In this document: positions 55,989 to 64,000 of the stretch, piece by piece
Position numbering within the stretch: the first letter of the stretch is position 1
Layout: every line of letters starts with the position of its first letter
DNA from: Candidatus Omnitrophota bacterium
GTDB lineage: Bacteria > Omnitrophota > Gorgyraeia > B26-G9
Length of the DNA stretch: 64,000 bases
Reading direction: 5' to 3'
Assembly: GCA_018813905.1 (NCBI GenBank)
Contig: JAHJAO010000031.1
Coordinates: 5,922-69,921, forward strand
The notes under the pieces: generated by a model
What the model was told of the DNA's origin: nothing
The model's database searches: none
The model's input: the letters and a program-made list of their open reading frames with translations, nothing else
Made by a program: the position numbers and the translations under genes

Positions 55989-56312
55989 TTATTTTTTAGA
56001 TGCATCTTCTCGTATCTTTCTAAGTAATACCTGGCTTAAAATAAAATGGTTTGGTTCTTCAGTTTTTACGAGATGATAAAAATCGCACTCCAAGCATTTT
56101 TTGAACTTTTTAGCGAAGTTCTCTTGTACGCTGCCATTGCACATGGTTCCGGTTATAACCCAGCAGGCCCGGCCGGCGTTTGTCCCGCCATGCGTGTTAT
56201 GAAGGCGTTTTTCCGTAGCCGCCGGACAAACTCCAAATTGCTTTTCCTGTGCCCCTCCCGGCTGCCGGCCACAGTTTTTATGTTCCCAACAATTCTTTTT
56301 CATAATATCCAC
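55989..56312 (-). CDS. Small Cys-rich protein with two Cys-Trp motifs (two-CW-domain-like), paralog 2
   Basis: Same N-terminal 50 aa as paralog 1, with one D/N difference. The C-terminal half has diverged. Confidence 0.65.
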   Translation of the reverse strand: MDIMKKNCWEHKNCGRQPGGAQEKQFGVCPAATEKRLHNTHGGTNAGRACWVITGTMCNGSVQENFAKKFKKCLECDFYHLVKTEEPNHFILSQVLLRKIREDASKK

Positions 56313-56357
56313 TCCTTTTTTAAAAATTAACTATCCATTATCTGTAGTACTGGACGC

Positions 56358-56993
56358 TTATTTTGCGCTTTTTATATACCCTTGTACTTCCTGAAAACTG
56401 GCTGTAGGAGAACCGACCATGTTGCCCCGCCGGTCAAAGACGCGGATATTAGGGACGCTGCGGATATTGTACTGCTGGACGAGCGGAGTTTTCCAGTTAA
56501 CAATATCTATCTTTCGCAAGAATACATCCGTGTCGGAATTTGCCAACTGTTCAAGATAGGGGCTTATTCTGCGGCAGGGGCCGCACCAGTCCGCGTAGAA
56601 ATCAACAATGGTTATTTTGCCCAGGATAATTACATCCGATAAATCGATATGTCTGCCGCCCTCTTTGTAAATCTTGATGGCTTGGGTTTCGGATTTTTCT
56701 TTCTCTGTTTTAATCTTGTCCATTTTTTTTATTCTGTTGCGGCCGGACTCCAAGCGCTGTTCGAAATCTTTATCGATATCGGTTACCACGTTATCCCTTA
56801 AAATTATCATGCCGCCCGGATAGCTTAAAATTTGTTCATCACCGCTACTTACTTCTCCCGAGGGCTGGCCAAATTTCGCGACGACTTCCTCTCTGGTAGT
56901 TCCCACGCCGACTTCGGACTGTGCGCTTGCCGTTGTTAAAGCGTAAAAGAATACTGCGGTTAGTGCAAACATGGTTATCCGGAAAAAATTCAT
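56358..56993 (-). CDS. Secreted thioredoxin-domain protein
   Basis: Signal peptide MNFFRITMFALTAVFFYALTTASAQSE. Thioredoxin motif FYADWCGPCRR. Confidence 0.8.
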   Translation of the reverse strand: MNFFRITMFALTAVFFYALTTASAQSEVGVGTTREEVVAKFGQPSGEVSSGDEQILSYPGGMIILRDNVVTDIDKDFEQRLESGRNRIKKMDKIKTEKEKSETQAIKIYKEGGRHIDLSDVIILGKITIVDFYADWCGPCRRISPYLEQLANSDTDVFLRKIDIVNWKTPLVQQYNIRSVPNIRVFDRRGNMVGSPTASFQEVQGYIKSAK

Positions 56994-57060
56994 CTTGATC
57001 CTCCTTTCTGCCCCCATCTGACCGGATACCGTTTGTTTGTTTGCCTGAAAGACTAACGCA

Positions 57061-57996
57061 TCAGGTATTCCGCCGGCTGTCACGGACAAAATTACTACCC
57101 GTAACTGATTTGGCTAATTTTTTAAGTTCCGCGCCGATTTCACCGATTTCGGCCGCGTGAGAAATCGTGCGGTATTCGTTAGTGACAATACCAATAGATA
57201 CGGAAATTAGAAATATTTGGGCGATATTGCCCTGCCGGTCTTTGGCCGCAATGAAGCCACGTTCCCGGTCTTCTTTGTTATAAAATGATGGGGCTATTTT
57301 ATCAAAGTCGGAGATAATGTGTTTGCAAATCGTTTCTGACTTTTCCGGGGTAGTCAGACAAACAAAATCATCACCGCCGATATGTCCGACAAAATCGTCC
57401 TTATTACCCTTTTCCATCACCGTGCTCAGGATAATTCGCGCTGATTCGCGGATAACCTCGTCTCCGTGCTCAAAGCCGTAAGTATCGTTGTAGGACTTGA
57501 ATTTATCCAGGTCAATATAGCAAATTGCAAAGGGTTTTCCGCTTTTTATCGCGGCTTCGAATTCGCTCATTATTGTTACATTGCCGGGCAGACGGCTTAA
57601 AGGATTCGCGTCCAAATCGCGGGTGCTTCTGCGAACAATCATATTGATACGGGCGACCAATTCCTGAGGGTCAAACGGTTTGACCACATAATCGTCAGCT
57701 CCGGCGTTTATACCCATGACTTTATCCTGGGTTTCGCCTTTGCCGGTGAGCATGATAACCGGCATGTGCCGAAGCAGGATGTCTTTTTTTAGTATTTGGC
57801 ATACCTCCAACCCGTTCATGCGAGGCATTTTGTAATCTAAAATCACAATATCGGGCGAGGTTTTATGCACTTTTTCCAAGCCGTCTACGCCATCTGTGGC
57901 TTCATAGACTTCAAAACCTTCGCCTTCTAAAGTTATTTTCAAAACATCACGGATATCGGGTTCATCATCGATTATTAGAATTTTTAGTTTTCTCAT
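57061..57996 (-). CDS. Response regulator receiver domain fused to GGDEF-type domain (motif GGDDF)
   Basis: REC: ILIIDDEPDIR...VILDYKMP...VIMLTGKG. GGDEF domain: YIDLDKFKSYNDTYGFEHGDEVI...GHIGGDDFVCL. Confidence 0.8.
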   Translation of the reverse strand: MRKLKILIIDDEPDIRDVLKITLEGEGFEVYEATDGVDGLEKVHKTSPDIVILDYKMPRMNGLEVCQILKKDILLRHMPVIMLTGKGETQDKVMGINAGADDYVVKPFDPQELVARINMIVRRSTRDLDANPLSRLPGNVTIMSEFEAAIKSGKPFAICYIDLDKFKSYNDTYGFEHGDEVIRESARIILSTVMEKGNKDDFVGHIGGDDFVCLTTPEKSETICKHIISDFDKIAPSFYNKEDRERGFIAAKDRQGNIAQIFLISVSIGIVTNEYRTISHAAEIGEIGAELKKLAKSVTGSNFVRDSRRNT

Positions 57997-58025
57997 AAAA
58001 AAATAATTGCTCCTTATCAGTGCCT

Positions 58026-59606
58026 TTAAGCTACGGTGACGTTGGAATCTTCGATCTGCTGCGTAGACAAAGTGAAATGAAAAGCGGTGCCTTTGCCTAC
58101 TTCGCTGGTGACCCAGATTCGACCTTTATGGGCCTCGACAATTTTTTTGACCAAAGACAGGCCAAGACCGGTTCCTTTCTTTTCCACATTAATAACATTG
58201 TCGACCCGGAAGAATTCGTCAAAGATCCGGTTCACGTCTTCCGGGGTTATGCCAATACCTGTATCCGCGACTTCGATATTTATAAAATCACTGCCCGGAA
58301 TTACCTTGATGGTTATTTTGCCTTTTTCCGGAGTGAATTTTAGCGCGTTACCGATTAAATTGATGAAGACGCGTGAAATCTGGCTTGAGTCCATCCAGAC
58401 CATGACCGGTTCTTTTGGGGTATCCAGTTCCAGCTTGATTTTTCTTTCGTCCGTTTGCGGGAAAAACAAATCGGCAATACTTTCGACAATTTCCGTAAGA
58501 GATGAATGCTTAATCTTCATACCGATTTTTCCCGATTCTATGCGCGCGATATCCAACAGGTCATTGACCAATTTTATGAGTTCGTCACTGTGCACGTTAA
58601 TTTTTGTTAATTTTTCTTTTTGTACATTGGTGACATCGCCAAGTCTCCCCGCGCTCAAAATCGAAGCATACCCTTTTATTGAAGTCAGCGGTGTCCTTAA
58701 CTCGTGGGAAACGGCGGATACGAAATCGGATTTCATCTTATTGAGTTTAACCAGCTGAATATTAGCTTCCGCCAGTTCTTTAGTGCGTTCTTTAACCCGG
58801 ACTTCCAGGATATCGTGAGAGTGCTTGAGTTCTTCGTAGAGCCTGGCGTTTTCAATGGCAACGCCTAACTGATTGGAAAGGACGAATAAAGAATCAATAT
58901 CTCCCTCAGATATTGTGTTATAAGGATTGCTGTTGCCGACAAAAATATACCCCTCGACCTTTTCTTTGATGACCATGGGCACAACGACGAAGGAATTTAC
59001 GTGAAAAAGATTAAGCCATTCAACCTGTTCTTGAGTAGCGCTTTCAAAATTTTTTACCCAGATGGAACTGCCCATGTGAAAAACGGTTTTTAAAAATTCG
59101 CCGGATATTTTTTTGTTCCGGATATTTTCCAGCTCATCCGGCTTGAAACCTATCGCGGCTTTAGCGGCGGTAACGTCTTTATCCCGATCCGTTAAAACAA
59201 TCATCGCTTTTTCAAATCCGAGTTTCAAAATTAAAGGTTCGGTGATTTGGGCAAAGAGTTTCTCCGCATCCAATGTGGAGTTGATTAGCTTGCCTAATTC
59301 GTGCAAGGTATATAAACCGTTAACCTTTTTGTCCAGCTCTTCCTGCGTGCGGTTAAGTTCTAAGTCTGTCCGGATAATAATCTTGGCCTGATCGTCAAGT
59401 TCGTTATAAGCATTTCTTAATTTATCCAACGCCCGCTGCATCTTCCCAATTTGTTCGCTTTTTTCTCTTGTTAATTCGGCAAGATACGCTAGCAGTACAA
59501 GCAGGATAAAACCGCCCATTAACTTGGCGACCATATTGTCGACAATGACCACCACGCTTAAGACCACGGCTCCGATTATTAATATTAACCAGATATTGAT
59601 TTTCAT
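58026..59606 (-). CDS. Sensor histidine kinase with GAF domain (2 N-terminal TM helices, coiled-coil, GAF, HisKA, HATPase_c)
   Basis: H-box SHELRTPLTSIKGY. N box IGNALKFT. G boxes DTGIGI and GTGLGLS. Confidence 0.85.
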   Translation of the reverse strand: MKINIWLILIIGAVVLSVVVIVDNMVAKLMGGFILLVLLAYLAELTREKSEQIGKMQRALDKLRNAYNELDDQAKIIIRTDLELNRTQEELDKKVNGLYTLHELGKLINSTLDAEKLFAQITEPLILKLGFEKAMIVLTDRDKDVTAAKAAIGFKPDELENIRNKKISGEFLKTVFHMGSSIWVKNFESATQEQVEWLNLFHVNSFVVVPMVIKEKVEGYIFVGNSNPYNTISEGDIDSLFVLSNQLGVAIENARLYEELKHSHDILEVRVKERTKELAEANIQLVKLNKMKSDFVSAVSHELRTPLTSIKGYASILSAGRLGDVTNVQKEKLTKINVHSDELIKLVNDLLDIARIESGKIGMKIKHSSLTEIVESIADLFFPQTDERKIKLELDTPKEPVMVWMDSSQISRVFINLIGNALKFTPEKGKITIKVIPGSDFINIEVADTGIGITPEDVNRIFDEFFRVDNVINVEKKGTGLGLSLVKKIVEAHKGRIWVTSEVGKGTAFHFTLSTQQIEDSNVTVA

Positions 59607-60797
59607 CTATTCTCCCAAGGCGCAAACGACAATGGTTTCGTTATGGAAAAAAGTCTGTCCTAAATGCACCGCTGCGCCCAGTGGCGCCTGTTCGCCGTAT
59701 GTGTAAAACCCGATAATCGGCGTGTTTTCGCCAAAGATACTTTTAACGATTTCTATTTCCCGGTATGCGGCCCGGCCAAATAATCTTTGCCTGGCTACGG
59801 AGTCAAAAATAAAAACGAGTTTTGGCTTAGCTCGGTAAAGCCCTTCCCGCGCCATTTCGGCCGCTTTCTTTGCGGCTTTCAGAGCGGTCTCTTTAGAGCC
59901 CATCATCACATGAATTTCAGAACCCTTTGGAATTTCTCCGGCGCAGATCAAGGCTCCTTCATTATCCACGCGCAATGCGTTTCTAATGATACATTCTTCC
60001 TCTTCGGGGATAGACATGCCCAAAGGATACATGATCGACATCCGGGCCATTGGTTCATGCTGTAAATCGCTTACCCGTTTGCCGAAATAGTCTTCGTAGA
60101 TGCGTACTGCCGGTTTACCGTCAAGCTTTTTTAAGATGTTGTGCTCAACGTCGGTAACGATCCGCGGTTTGCCTAAAGGGTACCAGCCGTGCCGGGCACC
60201 GATGCCTACGCTTATATCGCCTGAGATTAAAATCCCGGGTACAGTATCCTCGTAAATTTCATTATTAAAGAACTGATAAGTTTTTTGAAAAAGAAAATCA
60301 TCTGCTGCTGAGCCGCCGACGATGGGAAAGCTTGTCCCCAAAATCTCCTGAATCCCGCGGATTATTTCTACCACGTTGCCTTTTAAGCCGTCGGGAAACA
60401 TCATGAAGGCGTGCCGGATAGACGACGATCTGGTTTTGGCAACTGTGTCTTTAGCGATAAACTGTCCCGCTTGCCGCGGCAACGCGCTAATGTTTTTGCC
60501 TAGAGATAACCCGATCTGCAAAGAATTGGATTTTAAAACTAAAATCGTAACCGATTTTTTATCCGGCCCCGCGCTTGTGATCTCTCCAGCTGTTGTGCAG
60601 CCGACTATTGGGGCGGTCGGGACGGTGCTTTTTATGCCGCGGATAAGTTCTTTATGGTCAAACCGCGCCGATGCAAAACAAAAAACTATATCCGGGTCTT
60701 GTTTGCCCATCTTTTCCAGCGCCGCATGTGCCGCCAAAGCCCCGGCGCCGAATGAATCAATTTCCTTACTTGTTCCTACCCCGACAAAGAGTGCCAT
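59607..60797 (-). CDS. FIST domain sensory protein
   Basis: FIST_N/FIST_C-like architecture: ...DIVFCFASARFD...IVGCTTAGEI... with C-terminal GFYTYGEQAP. The gene abuts the kinase gene. Confidence 0.7.
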   Translation of the reverse strand: MALFVGVGTSKEIDSFGAGALAAHAALEKMGKQDPDIVFCFASARFDHKELIRGIKSTVPTAPIVGCTTAGEITSAGPDKKSVTILVLKSNSLQIGLSLGKNISALPRQAGQFIAKDTVAKTRSSSIRHAFMMFPDGLKGNVVEIIRGIQEILGTSFPIVGGSAADDFLFQKTYQFFNNEIYEDTVPGILISGDISVGIGARHGWYPLGKPRIVTDVEHNILKKLDGKPAVRIYEDYFGKRVSDLQHEPMARMSIMYPLGMSIPEEEECIIRNALRVDNEGALICAGEIPKGSEIHVMMGSKETALKAAKKAAEMAREGLYRAKPKLVFIFDSVARQRLFGRAAYREIEIVKSIFGENTPIIGFYTYGEQAPLGAAVHLGQTFFHNETIVVCALGE

Positions 60798-60973
60798 AAT
60801 TATATTTTAGTTTATAACTTGTTGCAAAAAATGTCAACCCTTCGAGCGTGCGATGATAAAGACCAGCGTTTCCTCGTTAAATTTTTCTGTTAGGGTTGCC
60901 ATTGAGAAATAAACTTTTTCCCCTTTGGAATTGTTGCCGGCCGGCAATATTTACGCCCGGCACAGGATGCGGT

Positions 60974-61771
60974 TTATTTTGCACAACTTTTACTTAGCCC
61001 GGAAATAAAACGCTTTAATCTTTTTGTAAAGTGAGACCTGTTTGAATTGGCTAGGATAAATTTTATCAGCGCGCTGCCTACAATAACTCCATCGGCTACC
61101 AGGTTTATTTTTTTTATTTGCCCTGCGCTTGAGATCCCAAACCCGACGTAAACGGGAACGCGGCAGTATCTTTTTAAAACGCGGACATTTTTGTGTAGCT
61201 GGGGATGTAAGGTTTTACGTATTCCGGTAACGCCGGTAAGCGATACATAATAGATAAAACCGGTGGATATTTTTGCGATCATGTGCATGCGTTTTTTTGT
61301 CGTTGTGGGTGCGACAAGATATATAAGATGGATGCCGTATTTTTTTAAGTTCTGGGCCAGTTCCTTTGCTTCCTCGGGGAGCAAATCCGGCACGATAACT
61401 CCGTCTAATCCGCAAAGACAGGCAGTACGGGCAAAATTTTTAATCCCGAATTTAAACAGCGGGTTGTAATAAGTCATCATGATCAGCGGCAGTTGTGTGG
61501 TTTTTCTTATTTTGCGAATTAAAGCCAAATATTTCGGCAAGTTCATTCCTTTGGCGATAGCGGTTTGGGAGGATAATTGTATCGTCGGGCCGTCAGCGAT
61601 TGGATCGGAAAACGGCATGCCCAGTTCTATAAAATCGGCACCACTATCAATCAATGCTTGAATTATCTTTCGGCATGTTTTAATATCGGGGAACCCCGCC
61701 GTAATATAGGGTATAAACGCCTTTTTTCCGCTTTTTTCAAGTTCTTGAATTTTTAAATTTATTCTGTTCAT
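60974..61771 (-). CDS. trpA: Tryptophan synthase alpha chain
   Basis: [10 protein letters not shown]...[17 protein letters not shown]. Confidence 0.9.
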   Translation of the reverse strand: MNRINLKIQELEKSGKKAFIPYITAGFPDIKTCRKIIQALIDSGADFIELGMPFSDPIADGPTIQLSSQTAIAKGMNLPKYLALIRKIRKTTQLPLIMMTYYNPLFKFGIKNFARTACLCGLDGVIVPDLLPEEAKELAQNLKKYGIHLIYLVAPTTTKKRMHMIAKISTGFIYYVSLTGVTGIRKTLHPQLHKNVRVLKRYCRVPVYVGFGISSAGQIKKINLVADGVIVGSALIKFILANSNRSHFTKRLKRFISGLSKSCAK

Positions 61772-62958
61772 TTGATTATATTTTGTTCCCGGACGATGTC
61801 CATATCTTTATCGCCTCGTCCGGATAAGCAAATTATTATCAGGCTGTTTTTCTTTATTTTTTTTGAAAGTTTAACTGTATAAGCAATAGCGTGTGCAGAT
61901 TCAAGCGCGGGAATTATGCCTTCGATCCGGGAAAGCAAAACGAATGCGTCAAGAGCGTCTTTATCCGTAACACTGACATATTTTGCGCGGCCGGACATTT
62001 TTAAAAAAGAATGTTCCGGCCCGACGCCGGGATAATCGAGTCCGGCTGATATGGAATGAGCTATGTTTATCTGCCCGTATCGGTCCTGAAGCAGATAACT
62101 TTTGCTGCCGTGCAGTACGCCAACAGACCCTTTACATAAAGTAGCTGCGTGTTTGGCGGAAGTTAACCCTAGTCCTCCCGCTTCCACGCCGATAAGTTTT
62201 ACTTTCTTGTCATTAACAAACGGATAGAATAAACCCATGGCGTTGCTGCCGCCGCCGACACAGGCGATCAGATAGTCCGGCAGACGGGAGACGCGCTTTA
62301 ACAGCTGCCTTTTTGTTTCTGTACCGATGACGGATTGAAAATCGCGCACGATTTGCGGATAAGGATGCGGGCCGACCACCGAGCCGATGATATAATGAGT
62401 TTTTTCTACAGTGCTTACCCAGTTGCGCAAGGCCTCATTGGTCGCGTCTTTTAAGGTTTTGCTGCCGCTCAGCACTTTGGTAATTTTAGCTCCCAAAAGC
62501 TGCATCCGGTACACGTTCAAAGCCTGGCGGTGCATATCTTCTTCGCCCATGAATATTTCACATTCAAGGTTTAAACGGGCGGCTGCAACGGCCGTGGCCA
62601 CACCGTGCTGTCCGGCTCCGGTTTCCGCAATTACTCTGGTCTTCCCCATTTTTTTTGCAAGTAATGCTTGCGCCAGTGTATTGTTAATTTTATGAGCGCC
62701 GGTATGCAGGAGGTCTTCGCGTTTTAAATATATTTTTAACCCGGTATATTCACTTAAGCGCTCGGCGAAATATAGCGGTGTCGGCCGTCCGGCAAATTCT
62801 TTTAGGTATCCGTTCAATTCCCGCTTAAATTTTGCATCGGATTTTGCCTGAAAATAAGCCCGTTCCAGTTCCGCCAAGGCGCGGGTTAATGTTTCCGGTA
62901 TAAACTTGCCGCCAAAGATCCCGTAATATCCGTATCTATTCGGCACTTTTTTGCTCAT
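61768..62958 (-). CDS. trpB: Tryptophan synthase beta chain
   Basis: [12 protein letters not shown]-lysine motif and a GGGSNA segment. Confidence 0.9.
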   Translation of the reverse strand: MSKKVPNRYGYYGIFGGKFIPETLTRALAELERAYFQAKSDAKFKRELNGYLKEFAGRPTPLYFAERLSEYTGLKIYLKREDLLHTGAHKINNTLAQALLAKKMGKTRVIAETGAGQHGVATAVAAARLNLECEIFMGEEDMHRQALNVYRMQLLGAKITKVLSGSKTLKDATNEALRNWVSTVEKTHYIIGSVVGPHPYPQIVRDFQSVIGTETKRQLLKRVSRLPDYLIACVGGGSNAMGLFYPFVNDKKVKLIGVEAGGLGLTSAKHAATLCKGSVGVLHGSKSYLLQDRYGQINIAHSISAGLDYPGVGPEHSFLKMSGRAKYVSVTDKDALDAFVLLSRIEGIIPALESAHAIAYTVKLSKKIKKNSLIIICLSGRGDKDMDIVREQNIIK

Positions 62959-62961
62959 TAT

Positions 62962-63732
62962 TTATTTTTTCTCCTTGATAAACGCATCGCCGATTCCGGT
63001 TTTACGCTTAAATTCCTCCCGGAAATTCTTGGCTTCCTCCACTGTCTTGAAAATCCCCACATCGATTTTAAAATAGGGCTTATCCGTATCATTATTGCGG
63101 TAAGTGGTGTTTACGACCACCAGGTAACCTTGATTTTCCAGTGTTTGCACAAACTGCTGTGCTGCCGCGGCATTTGCATATTCGGCGGCCTGAATGGTGT
63201 AGAGAACACCTTCTTGTTGTTCGTTTTCCGCCGCAACGTTTATATCTTGTGAAACGGGAACAGTCATTTTTTTTCGTTCTTTTTTGACGATATTTTCCGT
63301 TTTCGTTTCTTCGGCCTGCGGAAGTTTAAAGGGTTTTTTTGCATTAAACATCGCGAAGAAAAGAATGATAATAATCAATATCGGTAAAAGTATTATTATC
63401 TTTTCCGGAAATCTGCCGGCCAGCGCGTCAAAGAATTTATTGCTCAAATTACTTATGACCCTTTTCTGCAAAAGCTTACGCATAAGCCGCTCTTTTTGCT
63501 TTTCCGTATTTTCCAGCTTTTCTTCCAAACGGGAGATGGTTTTTTTAAGCTTGGAAAATTCTTCTCTAATCGCCGCCTCTTCAGTGGCCAGCTGTTCGCT
63601 TAATAGCTGTTCATCTATAATGGAATTCTTCTCCTGCTGGTTTACCGGGTCTTCTCCGTAAAGTTTTTTCTGGATAAGGTCTTCGTTGAATTTGATCTTT
63701 TTACGTCTGTTCTTTTCCCGTTCATAAGACAT
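62962..63732 (-). CDS. Coiled-coil membrane protein with C-terminal SPOR domain (FtsN/DedD-like)
   Basis: Coiled-coil N-terminus, TM helix IIILLPILIIIILFF, and the SPOR-like segment VLYTIQAAEYANAAAAQQF...YFKIDVGIFKTVEEA. Confidence 0.6.
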   Translation of the reverse strand: MSYEREKNRRKKIKFNEDLIQKKLYGEDPVNQQEKNSIIDEQLLSEQLATEEAAIREEFSKLKKTISRLEEKLENTEKQKERLMRKLLQKRVISNLSNKFFDALAGRFPEKIIILLPILIIIILFFAMFNAKKPFKLPQAEETKTENIVKKERKKMTVPVSQDINVAAENEQQEGVLYTIQAAEYANAAAAQQFVQTLENQGYLVVVNTTYRNNDTDKPYFKIDVGIFKTVEEAKNFREEFKRKTGIGDAFIKEKK

Positions 63733-63738
63733 GCTTTC

Positions 63739-64000
63739 ACCCCTTTGTTAGTACTGTATTGCCTTTACCCGGTTTATGAATTTAAATATAAGCTGCGCGT
63801 CCTTTTTTCTTTTATTTTTCTCCACACCGCTCGCAACATCCACAGCATAAGGCGTTAGTATCTTTAGAGCGGTGTTGATGTTTTTAAAGCTGAACCCTCC
63901 GGCGATAATTACCGGTTTTTTAAATTTTACACCCTTTAGTATCTTTAAGTCAAAGCTTTTCCCCGTGCCCCCATATTGCCGGTCATGATATGCGTCAAAA
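63739..64000 (-). CDS. trpF: Phosphoribosylanthranilate isomerase, C-terminal part (gene continues beyond window end)
   Basis: The hand translation ...QYGGTGKSFD...PVIIAGG...YAVDVASGVE matches the TrpF C-terminus. The stop lies at 63739-63741. Confidence 0.7.

Noticed and set aside
1-64000. CRISPR array, rRNA genes, transposase/IS elements, integrase genes
   Set aside because: No regularly spaced direct repeats were seen anywhere. No rRNA-like conserved stretches were seen. No ORF carried DDE transposase or tyrosine or serine recombinase motifs.

Overview
The window is a 64 kb chromosomal segment from a bacterium of moderate-to-low GC. Its gene content is consistent with an uncultivated, pilus-rich lineage; an Omnitrophota-like organism is plausible but cannot be proven from sequence. 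Gene density is high and most genes lie on the minus strand. Housekeeping genes form the backbone: aroB, hisS, hupB-like HU, dnaE, guaA, thiC, gmhA and an rfaE-domain gene, accB and accC, efp, pepP, aroQ, trpA/trpB/trpF, plus tRNA-Gly(CCC) and tRNA-Ala(CGC). Several accessory or unusual modules sit between them. (1) At 0.5-6.6 kb there is an accessory patch. It holds a secreted-domain/SAM-methyltransferase gene pair split by a G9 homopolymer. A sigma70 promoter with a palindromic operator drives a DUF134 HTH gene, a free-standing double-motif LAGLIDADG homing endonuclease and a small HTH gene. A truncated GNAT remnant and secreted/lipoproteins complete the patch. (2) At 11.7-18.6 kb there is a c-di-GMP-themed stretch: an HD-GYP/GAF protein, a stand-alone PilZ, and a PilZ-PilT fusion ATPase. 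(3) At 35.8-48.9 kb there is a type IV pilus locus with PilP/O, a PilM-PilN fusion and a major pilin on the minus strand. Divergently it carries pseudopilins, a PilX-like giant with an internal domain duplication, and two more PilT paralogs, one with an uncharacterised C-terminal extension. This locus adjoins a Wzy_C/O-antigen-ligase-family TPR protein, a WecA-like transferase and a GT4 glycosyltransferase, which together suggest a pilin O-glycosylation module. (4) An AmmeMemoRadiSam system has a Memo-AMMECR1 fusion carrying a Sec signal peptide, and a radical SAM partner carrying a textbook twin-arginine (RRxFLK) signal. An exported radical SAM system would be highly unusual. (5) A membrane-anchored OB-fold protein is paired with a thermonuclease. 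(6) A long minus-strand signalling operon runs FIST - GAF histidine kinase - REC-GGDEF (GGDDF variant) - secreted thioredoxin - two tandem Cys/Trp-rich 'two-CW-like' paralogs - small CxxxC membrane protein. The paralogs' 5' halves are about 150 nt identical while their 3' halves have diverged. This operon sits beside tRNA-Ala and a duplicated tRNA 3'-end fragment. No CRISPR array, rRNA or obvious transposase was seen.
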